A stretch of DNA of 64,000 bases from Kofleriaceae bacterium (GCA_965215005.1 CBDCCZ010000014.1:128001-192000); one strand, 5' to 3'; counted from the first letter of the stretch, positions 8,672-18,581 are shown. The notes: a model not told the origin generated them from the sequence alone. Numbers and translations are program-made.

Positions 8672-9846
8672 GCACACGCATCTTCGAACGTCTATTCCCC
8701 TCCCTCGGCCACGACGGCTTCATCCGCAGCGCGTATCCGACCCGGCCGGTCATCGAGCACGCGCCGCCAAGCCGCTTGGGACCACTCTGGGACGACCCGC
8801 GCTTCGATGATCCCGCGGCGCTTATCGAGACGGCGCCGCCCTACCCGCGACCGGTCGCGTACGTCCGCGGTCCCGAGGGCGGTCCTACTCGACAGATCCG
8901 TACGGATCCGGTCACCGCCGCAGCGCTGTATCGCCGCGGCGCCACCGTAGCCCTCGACGACGGCCAACCGATAGCGGCCGAGATCGGTGCCTGGAACCGT
9001 CGTATGACGCGAGAGCTGGGTCTGGGACGGCGCGAATCTCCGGTGGCGCTGGTAGCCTCGCCCGCCGGCGAAGGCGTACCTACCCACTTCGATGGACTCG
9101 AGGTCATCGTGATCCAGCTCCGCGGGCGCAAACGGTGGCGGCTGGCCGCGAACGAAGTCCACGAGCACCCGACGTTCCGATTTCTCCCGGGCGAAGGGGG
9201 CCGCCCGGCCCGCGACCGCAACGTGCAAGCACAAGCCTTCGCGGACGAGCTGCAGGTGCCGGACATGGAGGATGCGCAGACCACTGTCCTCGAGCCCGGT
9301 TCGGCGCTGTTCTTGCCCAGGGGTTGGTGGCACACGACCGAGTGCTTGGAGCCGAGCATCTCGCTCACCTTCCGCCTCGCGGCCATGACCGGATTCCGCG
9401 CGGTCGCGGATGCCATCGCCAGTGAGCTCGCAAATCATGCTGCGTGGCGCTGCCCCCTCGCCGCGCCGATCGGCGAGCTCGATGCTCCCACCGAGGAAGC
9501 CCTGACCGTCCTCGTCGAGCGCGCCCAAGCTGCGCTCCCGGGGCTACTTTCCCAGCTCGCGCTCCGCCGCGTCCTCACGGGCCCCCAGTACGCGCCCACG
9601 CGCGAGCAGCCCCTCCACTTCGATCACGACGCCTCTCGCATCGTCGTTGGCGCTTCCAGCGCCGACCCGCGCTGTCTCCCTGTTCCGGCCACGGTGGCAC
9701 CGATCGTGACGTGGCTGGCCGAGCGGCAAGCCCCCTTCGCCGAACGGGACGCGCTCGCCTGCGCTCCCGATGCCGATCTCCGCGACCTCGACCGCGCGCT
9801 GGCCTGGCTGTGCTCGGTCGGCTTCCTCGTGCGCCTAAACGCCTAA
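8668..9846 (+). CDS. JmjC/Cupin_4 family oxygenase (third copy)
   Basis: ATGA overlap; GVPTHFDGLEVIVIQLRGRKRWRL and LEPGSALFLPRGWWHTT. Confidence 0.85.
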   Translation: MSTRIFERLFPSLGHDGFIRSAYPTRPVIEHAPPSRLGPLWDDPRFDDPAALIETAPPYPRPVAYVRGPEGGPTRQIRTDPVTAAALYRRGATVALDDGQPIAAEIGAWNRRMTRELGLGRRESPVALVASPAGEGVPTHFDGLEVIVIQLRGRKRWRLAANEVHEHPTFRFLPGEGGRPARDRNVQAQAFADELQVPDMEDAQTTVLEPGSALFLPRGWWHTTECLEPSISLTFRLAAMTGFRAVADAIASELANHAAWRCPLAAPIGELDAPTEEALTVLVERAQAALPGLLSQLALRRVLTGPQYAPTREQPLHFDHDASRIVVGASSADPRCLPVPATVAPIVTWLAERQAPFAERDALACAPDADLRDLDRALAWLCSVGFLVRLNA

Positions 9847-9864
9847 GCGGCAGCACCGCACAGC

Positions 9865-10500
9865 TTACGGAACGGCGCCGACGGCGACGCGGTCGAGCTC
9901 GTCTTGCTCGGCGCGCTCTTCATCGCTCTTGTACTTCTTGAGCCCGCGGAGGGTTAGCAGCAGCTCACTCTCCTCCGCGAAATCGGGCAAATCATCTTCG
10001 CTCCACACGGCGGTTTCCAGAGCCCGGGTCATGCATTGCTCGATGGCGCGGTCGTCGAGATCGCTCTTGAGCACCTCGATGTTGGTGGCGCGTGCTTGGC
10101 CGTTTTGGATGCGCAGGACGTATTTGAACTTGAGCCGCGCGTCGGGATCGAGGCCACCACGATAGCAGCTCGCCATGCCGCTCATGAGCCGGCGCGGAAT
10201 GTCTTGATCGACACGAGCGGCAAACGCGTCGCTGCTCGGCGCGAGCTTGTCGCCAGCTTCGCTGGCAGTGGGCTCTGCGGCGGCCGCGTCATCCGTGGCG
10301 TCACCGGTGACGATTATACGCCGCGAGTCCGGTGCGACGCTGGCAGTGGGCGTCGCGGCCGGCGTTGGCGTGGCGGCCATGACTGCCACCACCGGCGGCG
10401 CCAGCGGCTGGCGAATCTGCACTACGAGGAACGTGAGCGCGCCGCCAATGCCAGCCACGGCAGCGAGCCACTTCAGTGTCTTGGTGTGCTTTGACATCAC
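9865..10500 (-). CDS. membrane-anchored protein, possible AgmX/PglI C-terminal-like domain
   Basis: N-terminal TM, Pro/Ala linker, CY...SDLDDRAIEQCM pattern. Confidence 0.55.
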   Translation of the reverse strand: MMSKHTKTLKWLAAVAGIGGALTFLVVQIRQPLAPPVVAVMAATPTPAATPTASVAPDSRRIIVTGDATDDAAAAEPTASEAGDKLAPSSDAFAARVDQDIPRRLMSGMASCYRGGLDPDARLKFKYVLRIQNGQARATNIEVLKSDLDDRAIEQCMTRALETAVWSEDDLPDFAEESELLLTLRGLKKYKSDEERAEQDELDRVAVGAVP

Positions 10501-10537
10501 GTTGTTTCCTGGTGCCTCGCAAGCGAGATGCGGGCTG

Positions 10538-10572
10538 AAAAAAAAGAGCCCGGAGCGGGCGCTCCGGGCTCT
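10538..10572 (-). terminator. rho-independent terminator
   Basis: 12-bp perfect stem AGAGCCCGGAGC/GCTCCGGGCTCT followed by a U-tract on the minus strand. Confidence 0.85.
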
Positions 10573-10609
10573 GGTTCAGCAGACGGCCGCAGCCGTCCCT
10601 GTCAGGCTA

Positions 10610-11515
10610 CTAGCGCTCGATCTTCGAGGGTCCGCATTGACCTGCGTCTTGGCGGGCCTTGGTGAGATCGTAGAACCGCTGCAGCGCCTGCATCGCATTG
10701 CCGTTGTCCACGTTGAACCGCGGATGCGTCTGGAAGGGCTCCTGCCCCAGTCCGACCTGCTCGAGAAGCGGCCGGTTGATCATGACTGCACCAGCTTGAT
10801 CAATGGTGAAGTATGCATCGAGGAGCGAGGAGTCTTTCGTCAGGTTGATGAAGGTCAGCTCATTGTTGTCATTAGCCAGAAATCCTTCACCGGCGAGGTT
10901 GTGGCATTGCTCGCAGTCGCCCTGATTGGTGCCCTTGTTGGCCCACTCACCGCCGACGTTCTCGGCTTGGAAGTCAGCCAGCTCCATACAACCGCTCCAA
11001 GCCGCGAGCGGACCGACTGTGGTCGCTCCACCAGCCGCCACAGCATCTTTCTCCGCGGTGAGCCAGCTCTGGATCCCAGTGACAACTTCAGGAGTGAAGG
11101 TGACACCGTAGTGACCGCCTTGGCCATTGATCAAGAGCTTAGCGGTCGCCGGGTCGTAGTTGACGAACAGGGTGTCGCTATAGAGCTTGATGCTAGCGGC
11201 CGTGAACGCTGCAGGATCCGCGGGTACGAAGGTCGGGGCTTGCGCCGCGTGGCAAGCAGGACCACCGCAGGTGGTGGCGATGGGCTGCGCGACGGCCGCA
11301 AACAGTGCATCGGGGCCCGCTCCCGGAGTCGCCGTCCCGTCATCGGCAGCAGGGTCGCCACCGTTCGGGGTCGTGGGAGTCCCGTTGTTGGGGTCGACCG
11401 GCGTGCCGCCGCTCATCCCATCGTCGGGGGTTACGGGGTCGAGCTCCCCGATGCAACCAGTTGCCGCAAGGGCCAGGGACCCGCAAGCAACAAGGAGTGT
11501 ACTTAGACGTTTCAT
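10610..11515 (-). CDS. lipoprotein with two putative haem c attachment motifs
   Basis: Lipobox (ATGC), CGGPACH (Cx4CH) and CEQCH (CxxCH). Confidence 0.65.
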   Translation of the reverse strand: MKRLSTLLVACGSLALAATGCIGELDPVTPDDGMSGGTPVDPNNGTPTTPNGGDPAADDGTATPGAGPDALFAAVAQPIATTCGGPACHAAQAPTFVPADPAAFTAASIKLYSDTLFVNYDPATAKLLINGQGGHYGVTFTPEVVTGIQSWLTAEKDAVAAGGATTVGPLAAWSGCMELADFQAENVGGEWANKGTNQGDCEQCHNLAGEGFLANDNNELTFINLTKDSSLLDAYFTIDQAGAVMINRPLLEQVGLGQEPFQTHPRFNVDNGNAMQALQRFYDLTKARQDAGQCGPSKIER

Positions 11516-11539
11516 GGTAGTCCCTGTCTCCTTTCCGGC

Positions 11540-13444
11540 TTAGGCGTTGCGGCGACGGCGGATGGCGAAGGCCAGGCCGAGGAACATTAGAGCGAAGCTG
11601 CCACCCAAGGAACCAGCGCCACCAGCCGAGCAACCACCAACCGGCTGCGCAGCCCCACCGTTGCTGGGCGAGGTCGGGTCGCTGTTACCACCCGAGGGGG
11701 TGCCGGGGGTGCTGGGGGTGCCGGTGCCCTCAGGATCCGCACCACCACCTTGAGGAGCGGGGGTTTGCGGCGCCGCAGGAGCCTTCACCGAGGACCAAAT
11801 CTCCGCTACCGCGTCGAGCTTGATAGCCGGGTCCATGCTGCTCACCTTGCCGGTGTAGGTGCACATGTTGAAGACCGGGATGCCCTGCGTCGGGCCGGGC
11901 TGGTCCACGAACGGATTCACGATGGTGCCGCACTTGGAGTAGTTACGACCCTGGTTGTTGGGATTGCCACCGAGGAGGTTCGAGTACAGCTGGTTGTCGT
12001 AGCTTGCCTGAAGCTCTTGGACGCCGGCGTAGGTCGGGGTCTGGCCAGCGAGGCTGATGTTGAGCACGTGTGAGCCGCGGGTCGCGTTGGCGTTGAAGCT
12101 ACCAGCCTGAAGGCTGAGCACCGGCTCGAGGTTTCCGGCCTCGCCCTGGAACGACTGGAAGAGGGTGGCGTGCGTCATCTCGACCTTGGACTGAATGACC
12201 ATGTCGGTGATGTCCCAGCGGCCAACTTCGTTGAGCGAATCGGCGGCGGGTTGGAACAGCGCAAGATAGACTTTACCGTCGCGACCGCCCTTGCGGTTGG
12301 CGTCTTTGCCCTTGCCAGCGTTGTTACCGCGGTGCATTTGGAACTCGGCCCAAATGCGGCCGGTCTTGGCGCCGGAGATGTCGGTCTCGGCGAGGGTCTT
12401 GATACGCATCGCATAGTAGCGCTGACCGTCGATTTCCTCGCGATGCGCCACGCGCTCACGCCAGAGAAGGTCACCGCTCTCGTGATTGACTGCGGCGGCC
12501 CAGACGCCTTCGCGCTGCGGCTGATTGTTGCCTTCCGTGCCGAAGCAGAAGTCGGTGTCGGCAGAACCGTCGGCGTTGGTGTCGAGCATGTGACACTTAC
12601 CGCGGCTACGCTCTTCTTCTTTGATGACGCTGGTGTCACCGATCTTGGTGACTTCGCAGGAATTGGTGCCCGCTTCGCAAGAGACTGCGATGTGGTTACG
12701 CCAGCCGTCGTCGCGGCCGTTGCCGTTGCAGAGCTCGAGGCACGAGAACTCGACCGAGCCGTCGGCATTGTATTGAACGTCGCACGCCTCACCCGACTGA
12801 CCGCCGGAGCAGTTGTCGTTGTTCTTGGCCATGATGAGTGCGGCCTTGTCCTCCGTCACCTCGGTGTTCGAGGTGAGGTCCATCAGCTCGCAGCTCGAGT
12901 TGACGACTTGCAAGTAGCGCTCGGTGTTGTTGCGGTTTTCTTTCTGCCAGTTGGCCATGACCGCGAAGCGATCGCCGCCAAGGGCATACACCGAAGGAAA
13001 GTTGAAGGCGCGAGCCTCGCGGGCGCGGCGCTGGGTGAGGTAATGCTTGTTCGCCTGATCGACCGACAGGGTCACGCCAGCCGCCGAGTCGGGATCTTGA
13101 ACGAGCTCGACGGGATGGCAGGCGCCCTGCCAAGCTTCGCGCTCCACCTGCTCACCAGTGAACGGACCGGCGGCGCCGTCGAGACGGCCCGTCGACATGA
13201 GGGCGACCACGCCCTTGGCCGGATTGCCCGGATCGAAGGCGTAGGACGCCATCTCCTGGGTGCCGTACTCTTCGCTCGCCCTCAAGCGAACGACACCGTC
13301 GCGCTCGCGGACCGGCGCTTTATCTTCCGGATCCGCCGCCTGAATCATGACTGATTTCGATTGCGCGAATGCGGTGCTTGCGGGGATGAGCATTGCGCCT
13401 GCCCCCATCATTCCCAAAGTGATGCCCAGTTTTGGCCATTGCAT
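11540..13444 (-). CDS. secreted Cys-rich surface protein with MYXO-CTERM sorting signal
   Basis: Signal peptide, P/G/T/S linker, GGCSAGG-TM-RRRR C-terminus; AGGAGG RBS. Confidence 0.85.
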   Translation of the reverse strand: MQWPKLGITLGMMGAGAMLIPASTAFAQSKSVMIQAADPEDKAPVRERDGVVRLRASEEYGTQEMASYAFDPGNPAKGVVALMSTGRLDGAAGPFTGEQVEREAWQGACHPVELVQDPDSAAGVTLSVDQANKHYLTQRRAREARAFNFPSVYALGGDRFAVMANWQKENRNNTERYLQVVNSSCELMDLTSNTEVTEDKAALIMAKNNDNCSGGQSGEACDVQYNADGSVEFSCLELCNGNGRDDGWRNHIAVSCEAGTNSCEVTKIGDTSVIKEEERSRGKCHMLDTNADGSADTDFCFGTEGNNQPQREGVWAAAVNHESGDLLWRERVAHREEIDGQRYYAMRIKTLAETDISGAKTGRIWAEFQMHRGNNAGKGKDANRKGGRDGKVYLALFQPAADSLNEVGRWDITDMVIQSKVEMTHATLFQSFQGEAGNLEPVLSLQAGSFNANATRGSHVLNISLAGQTPTYAGVQELQASYDNQLYSNLLGGNPNNQGRNYSKCGTIVNPFVDQPGPTQGIPVFNMCTYTGKVSSMDPAIKLDAVAEIWSSVKAPAAPQTPAPQGGGADPEGTGTPSTPGTPSGGNSDPTSPSNGGAAQPVGGCSAGGAGSLGGSFALMFLGLAFAIRRRRNA

Positions 13445-13508
13445 GATCTCGAATGCCTCCTAAAGAAACCCGGCTTGGATACGTTGACGCGTTGACGAGG
13501 GACACTTG

Positions 13509-13553
13509 TGCAACGAGAAGGCCAACCGCTTTACTAGTCAAATCAACGACTTG
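13509..13553 (-). promoter_or_regulatory. sigma54 promoter plus IHF site
   Basis: Minus strand TTGGCCTTCTCGTTGCA (13509-13525); AATCAACGACTTG (13541-13553) matches WATCAANNNNTTR exactly. Confidence 0.65.
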
Positions 13554-13796
13554 CATACTCAGGCTTTGGGGGGAGGGGTCCCACCGGCGGGGGCCCCGCT
13601 CCCGCAATCGGCACCGCCAATCGCGGCGCTTGAGCAGCGCGAGCCACGCCCAGCGGCGCGCGTTGCCCTCCGGGGGAAGGCGCACCGCTGCCCGAGAGCC
13701 CAGACACCCCCGCGGAGCATCCCGTCCCAGTCCCGGCGGAAGCTCGGGACGACATTGCATCGAAGCCAGCAGGCGCCGACGCGAACGCCGAAACGC

Positions 13797-13833
13797 CAAA
13801 GGCCCCACTCGCGACTGCGAAGTGGGGCCTTTG
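13797..13833. terminator. hairpin/terminator downstream of the lipoprotein gene
   Basis: CAAAGGCCCCACT...AGTGGGGCCTTTG, 13-bp inverted repeat. Confidence 0.6.
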
Positions 13834-13865
13834 CGAACCTGCGGCCTGAGGCCGCAGCGCAAGAA

Positions 13866-14465
13866 TTAGTATGCGTCGTAGGTATAGACGGAGTACGTGC
13901 CGGTGCCGGTTAGTGCATTGCTCCCCTTGGCGAGCAGTGGCTTGAACGAGATGACATGGTTGTTATCGAGGAAGTGTGTTAACTCGCCATGGCAGGTTCC
14001 GGTTGCCTCGGTGCTGATCGCAAAGTTAATGCGCTGCACCTCGGGATCCGCCACGTACGTGATCGTGCGCTGGAAGTCCTCATCTTGCGTCACCTCATAC
14101 ACCCACTCCTCGGCGATTTCCGGTTGCGGGTCGCAACCGACAAAGGCGGTCTGGTAGGTCACTCGCCAGGTGCCGGCGGGCCAACACCCCTCGTAGTCAG
14201 CCGGCGGCGCCGCCGCTGGCTCGAAGGTGCCATTGATCGTGAACGTCGTCTCGCAGGCGATGCCGAGCAGATCGAGACGCTCATCCACCTCCGGATCCGG
14301 TGACGCAATACGCGCAAACCCGTCGACCACGGGAGCGGGATCGTCATCGCCCGACCCGCCTCCGGGGCCAGGATCATTGACGGAATCGAGGGCGCAGCCA
14401 GCAAGGCTGCTCACGAGCACCAGGCTCAGACCAAAGTGCAACGAACGTGGATGCCGACTGTGCAT
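13866..14465 (-). CDS. hypothetical lipoprotein
   Basis: Lipobox SLAGC, acidic Cys-containing domain; start chosen at MHSRH. Confidence 0.7.
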   Translation of the reverse strand: MHSRHPRSLHFGLSLVLVSSLAGCALDSVNDPGPGGGSGDDDPAPVVDGFARIASPDPEVDERLDLLGIACETTFTINGTFEPAAAPPADYEGCWPAGTWRVTYQTAFVGCDPQPEIAEEWVYEVTQDEDFQRTITYVADPEVQRINFAISTEATGTCHGELTHFLDNNHVISFKPLLAKGSNALTGTGTYSVYTYDAY

Positions 14466-14478
14466 GCGGTAAGAGTTA

Positions 14479-14494
14479 AGCAGCTGCCGTGCCA
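14479..14494 (-). promoter_or_regulatory. sigma54 promoter
   Basis: Minus strand TGGCACGGCAGCTGCT. Confidence 0.5.
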
Positions 14495-14645
14495 CGGCCA
14501 ACGTAGCGAGATTCGTTTTCTGCATTCGCCCTGCCCTGGGGCCTCGTCCATCCAGCCGGCGAGTGTGCTTCCCGCTTCGCGGCCCTGCCGAGCGCGTGCG
14601 ACGGCCGCGGGGACCGTGGAACGTGAGCTGCATTGGCTGCGGCGC

Positions 14646-15780
14646 ATGCGCTTCAGCTACGCCGGCATCCTCATAACCGCCTTATTGAGCGTCGTGGCTT
14701 GCCACGACGAACCAGCTTCCAAAGCCGACTCCCCCCCAGAGGCGAGCACGGCTCCCAAAGCCATTCCAGTACCCAAAGCGGTGCCCATCGATCGCGATGG
14801 CCAGCCCCTGACCGCCACCGGCGAAGGCCACTCCGGCCAGCATCGCAAAGGCGAGCACGAGCAGGACGAGGGCGAGTGGATTCCGGGCGAGTACAAGACC
14901 GGTGTCAGCCGATTCAAAGATGCCATCGTCTACGTCGACGGCGCACCGAAGGGCATGTTGTCGTTCGGCGAGCTGCCCTTGCCCATCAAGGTCGCCTGGC
15001 ACGACGAAGAGTCGGCCATCGCGTTCGGCCCCGACCATCCGGGACCGCACTTCAAGATCACCAAGCAGCGCCGCTATCGCGTTGCCGACTACATGAAAGC
15101 AATCGGCGTTAATCCCGCTAAAATCAAGGCAATCCACATCTACGGCGGCGGCAAGCGTCGTCTCGCTGCGGCAGTCATCACCGGGCGCGAGCTGGCAAAG
15201 CACAAAGACTTTGCCTTTCGCTTTGGCAACGACATCGGCGGCAAGCCGATTCCCGTGTGCCCGGAATCGGGCTGGCACTGCCCCGACAACATCACCGCGA
15301 TAGCGGTTTACGTCACCAAAGCACCGCCCGTACAGAAAGATGGCATCAACTACTTGAATGGTGAGCCGGGTTAAAGACCTCCCCTACGTCGAAGAGCCCA
15401 TGCGCGGCGGCATCCGCATTCACCTCGACAACACCTACGCCACTCGCATCAAGCGCAACGAGCTCGTCGAATCGGGTGAAGCCTTCAAGGCCGCCTCTGA
15501 AGATGGCCAAGAAACCTGGAGCTTCTTTGGCTTCTTGAAGGCGCAAGGCATCGATACCGACAAGGTCGAAGAGGCATGGATCATTCACGATGAGCGTCGC
15601 GTGCAGCGGCTGTCGCGAGGTGAGCTGGTGACCGCGACGTTCATGGCCAACCCACAAAACAAAGGCGAGATCCTGTTTGGCTACGACAAAACGCCTACGC
15701 ACGCCATCGCGCTGCACACCAAGCCGCTGCAGCCGGAAGATCTCCCCGTCATCATGCCCAACGAGCGCTTCGACTTCTAA
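14646..15780 (+). pseudogene. hypothetical lipoprotein split by a +1 frameshift (or sequencing error) near 15369
   Basis: Lipobox SVVAC; removing one G from CCGGGTT joins NGEP to VKDLPYVEEP. Confidence 0.6.
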
Positions 15781-15793
15781 GGAGCCAGCGGTC

Positions 15794-16417
15794 ATGCGCT
15801 CACTTTCACTACTTGCAGTTGCTCTCGCGCTCGTCGGCTGCAGCAGCACCGAAGAGCCCTTGGCTGTCGAGCCCGATGCTGGAGCGACGGCCCCCACTTC
15901 TGCCGACGCCGCAGTGCCGCGCACCTGTCTCATCAGCGACAGCTACGGCGATCTCGGCTCGCAATCCGGCACGGTCGCCATTCGGCCTGCCGAGGAGGAC
16001 ATGCCCGAGGGACCGCGCGTCGTTGTTCTCGAGGTGCCGCTCGATCAAGCGGCGGCCCCCGATGTTCTCGTCGTCGAGCTCTGGGAAGGCTCGATCGGCT
16101 TCACCGATGGCATCGAGCCTGGGTCCTTCCAGCTCGCCGGCACCAACAGCGACCTCATCAACTGCGGCGCCTGCGTCTATATCGCCGCCGACCGCGTCGC
16201 CGGTGAGGTCCCAGTCCGTCACGTCGCCAGCGCCGGCACCCTCACCCTCGACGAGGTCGACCTCCGTCCCGGCGGTCGAATCGTCGGTCGCTTGACCGAC
16301 GTGACCCTGCGCGAGGTCGAGCTCAAGCAGGGGGGGCAAGGCGAGGTCGAAAACGGCTGCACGAGCAGCGTCAGCAATGTAGCGCTGAGCTTCACGGTCG
16401 CTGCAGCGGCGCCGTGA
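15794..16417 (+). CDS. hypothetical lipoprotein
   Basis: GGAG RBS, lipobox LVGC, CxxC motif (CGAC). Confidence 0.75.
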   Translation: MRSLSLLAVALALVGCSSTEEPLAVEPDAGATAPTSADAAVPRTCLISDSYGDLGSQSGTVAIRPAEEDMPEGPRVVVLEVPLDQAAAPDVLVVELWEGSIGFTDGIEPGSFQLAGTNSDLINCGACVYIAADRVAGEVPVRHVASAGTLTLDEVDLRPGGRIVGRLTDVTLREVELKQGGQGEVENGCTSSVSNVALSFTVAAAAP

Positions 16418-16479
16418 GCGCCCTTAGGCCCTCGTCTCGCCCCGTATCGCCACTCTAGCGACCTCGCTACACTGCCGCC

Positions 16480-17745
16480 ATGCCGTCCACCGCCCCCACG
16501 CCAGCTCCTCGTCCGCGACTCCGCCCAGTGGCGCGCGTCGTGTATCTGCTGGTGTTGGCGATTGGGGTGTTCTTCTTACCCGATTGGTGGATGGTGGGCG
16601 GCGTGCTCGGCGCGCAGCTCGTGCTGTGGTACGTCGTGGGCCTGCAGACGAGTGCGCTCTTGCGGCAGGTGCGCAAGCTGGTGCTGTTCTTGAGCTTCAT
16701 CTTCGTTGCGTACGCGCTCGTGAGCTACGAGCCGGCGGCCGACGTGTGGCATCGGGTGTCGGTGTTCGGGTGGTTTTCGCTGCGCTGGAATGAAACGGGA
16801 GCCCTTGCCGGCTTCACGATGGTTCTGCGGATACTCACGATCGTGCTGGCGTCGCAGCTCGTGCGCGCCGGCGACTCGCGCGCGATCGCCGCCGGTCTCG
16901 GCGCGCTCGGCGTTCCCACCACCGCCGCGCTATCGATTGACTTGGTGTTGGTGTTGCTCGGCGATCGCGGCAAGCGCGGCGGTGGCGGTGGCGGTGGCGG
17001 TGGCGGTGGCGGTGGCGGTGGCGGTGGACGCGGACGTGGGGGCGGCCGAGGCGCGGCTTTTGGAGGGTTCTGGGCGAGTCTTGGCCGACTCGCGCGTGGC
17101 GACGTCTCGATCATCGCCGAGCGGCTGCACCGGCAAGTCGAGCGCGTCGAAGAACACATGGAAGAGATCGGCCACCGCGCGCCGCCTCACGTCGCCCGCG
17201 ACATCGCGGTCATTTCCGGCGTCGCGTTGACCATGCTCGGCATCAAGGTCCTCAAGCTCCTGCCGGGCCTTCCCTTCGCCCCCGGTCACAAGGGCGTCTT
17301 GCTGATACCGCTCTACATCGTCGCCGGTTGCATGACTCGTAGCCGCACTGGGGCCACCGCGACCGGCTTCGTCATGGGAACCGTTGCGTTCCTGTTGGGC
17401 GATGGCCGTTATGGCGTCTTCGAGATCGTTAAGCACGTCGCGCCAGGGGTGCTCGTCGATTTGCTGTTGCCGCTGATGCGTACTCGCACCGGAGCGCTCC
17501 GACGCGGTATCATTGCCTGGTCATTCTTTGGAATCGTTGCAGCACTGGGGAGGTTCGCGACGGTCACCGCCATTGCGTTGGCTGTTCAAGCCCCGGCCCT
17601 AGTGTTCGCGTTCTTGATCCCCGGACTCCTCGTTCACGCCGTATTCGGAGCCCTTTCAGGAATCGTCACCGCGCCGCTCGTGCGCGCGCTGGAGACGAGC
17701 GGGTCGCCGCGTGAGCGACCCGGCAGCAACAGAGAGGCAGCATGA
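16480..17745 (+). CDS. ECF-transporter-like integral membrane protein (EcfT/CbiQ-like N-half, poly-Gly linker, S-component-like C-half)
   Basis: Many TM helices; MVLRILT...IAAGLGALGVP resembles EcfT; PGHKG motif; 17-Gly tract. Confidence 0.55.
   Translation: MPSTAPTPAPRPRLRPVARVVYLLVLAIGVFFLPDWWMVGGVLGAQLVLWYVVGLQTSALLRQVRKLVLFLSFIFVAYALVSYEPAADVWHRVSVFGWFSLRWNETGALAGFTMVLRILTIVLASQLVRAGDSRAIAAGLGALGVPTTAALSIDLVLVLLGDRGKRGGGGGGGGGGGGGGGGGRGRGGGRGAAFGGFWASLGRLARGDVSIIAERLHRQVERVEEHMEEIGHRAPPHVARDIAVISGVALTMLGIKVLKLLPGLPFAPGHKGVLLIPLYIVAGCMTRSRTGATATGFVMGTVAFLLGDGRYGVFEIVKHVAPGVLVDLLLPLMRTRTGALRRGIIAWSFFGIVAALGRFATVTAIALAVQAPALVFAFLIPGLLVHAVFGALSGIVTAPLVRALETSGSPRERPGSNREAA
16978..17028 (+). 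repeat. (GGTGGC)7 microsatellite inside a 17-Gly tract
   Basis: Read directly. Confidence 0.95.
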
Positions 17746-18581
17746 GCTCAAAGCTGATGACCGGTGACGGTCGCACTCACATTCGCTCGAAACTGATGCA
17801 GGAATCGCTACAAAATCGCGGCGTCCTCGAAGGCGCCGACAGCGATCGCGACCTGCAAATCTTTCCCGACGTCGCGCTCGTGAGCATCGGCGGTCAGAGC
17901 ATCTTCGACCGCGGTCGCGACGCGATCTTGCCGCTCGTCGACGAGCTTGCCGAGCTCAAAACCCAGCACCGCATGGTGATCGCCGTGGGTGGCGGCACGC
18001 GGGTTCGTCACACCGCATCGATCGCCCTCGATCTGGGCCTGCCGGTCGGCGGCGTCGCCCAGCTCGTTGGTGCGATGGAAGAGCTCAATGCAGTGATGCT
18101 CAACGCGCTGTTGGCCAAGCACGGCTCGATGACCATGCAGCGCGATCACTTCTGGGAGCTGCCGCTCTACCTGGCGGCGGGCATGCTGCCCATCGCGATC
18201 TCCATTCCGCCATATCACCTGTGGGAGCCGCCGCCCAAACACGGCCACCTGCCCGCCCACGGCTCCGATTTCGGCCTGTTCCAGATGGCCGAGGTTTTGG
18301 CGATGAAACAGCTCATCTTCATCAAGGACGAAGACGGCCTGTACGATAAAGATCCCAAGAAGCACGACGACGCCAAACACATCCCGGAGATCACGCTCGA
18401 GGCACTGCTGGCCAATCCGCCAGCAGAGAACATTCTCGATGCGGAGCTTTTTCAAGCCTGGAAACACGCGCGCAACGTGCGCCGCGTGCAAATCATCAAT
18501 GGCCTCAAACGCGGGGAGCTCGCCAAAGCGCTGCGCGGAGAGAATAACGGCACCGTCATCGTCAAGGAGCGAAACGCGTGA
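17742..18581 (+). CDS. mosA: molybdenum storage protein subunit (MosA-like; amino acid kinase/UMP kinase fold)
   Basis: IGGQSIFDRGRDAILPLVDEL, LDLGLPVG, PPYH, KDEDGLY, VQIINGL resemble recalled Azotobacter MoSto sequences; tandem paralogue pair. Confidence 0.65.
   Translation: MSSKLMTGDGRTHIRSKLMQESLQNRGVLEGADSDRDLQIFPDVALVSIGGQSIFDRGRDAILPLVDELAELKTQHRMVIAVGGGTRVRHTASIALDLGLPVGGVAQLVGAMEELNAVMLNALLAKHGSMTMQRDHFWELPLYLAAGMLPIAISIPPYHLWEPPPKHGHLPAHGSDFGLFQMAEVLAMKQLIFIKDEDGLYDKDPKKHDDAKHIPEITLEALLANPPAENILDAELFQAWKHARNVRRVQIINGLKRGELAKALRGENNGTVIVKERNA

Noticed and set aside
13560..13790. GC-rich hairpin-forming intergenic stretch as a riboswitch or ncRNA
   Set aside because: No recognisable Rfam motif by eye, and it lies upstream of the predicted sigma54 promoter
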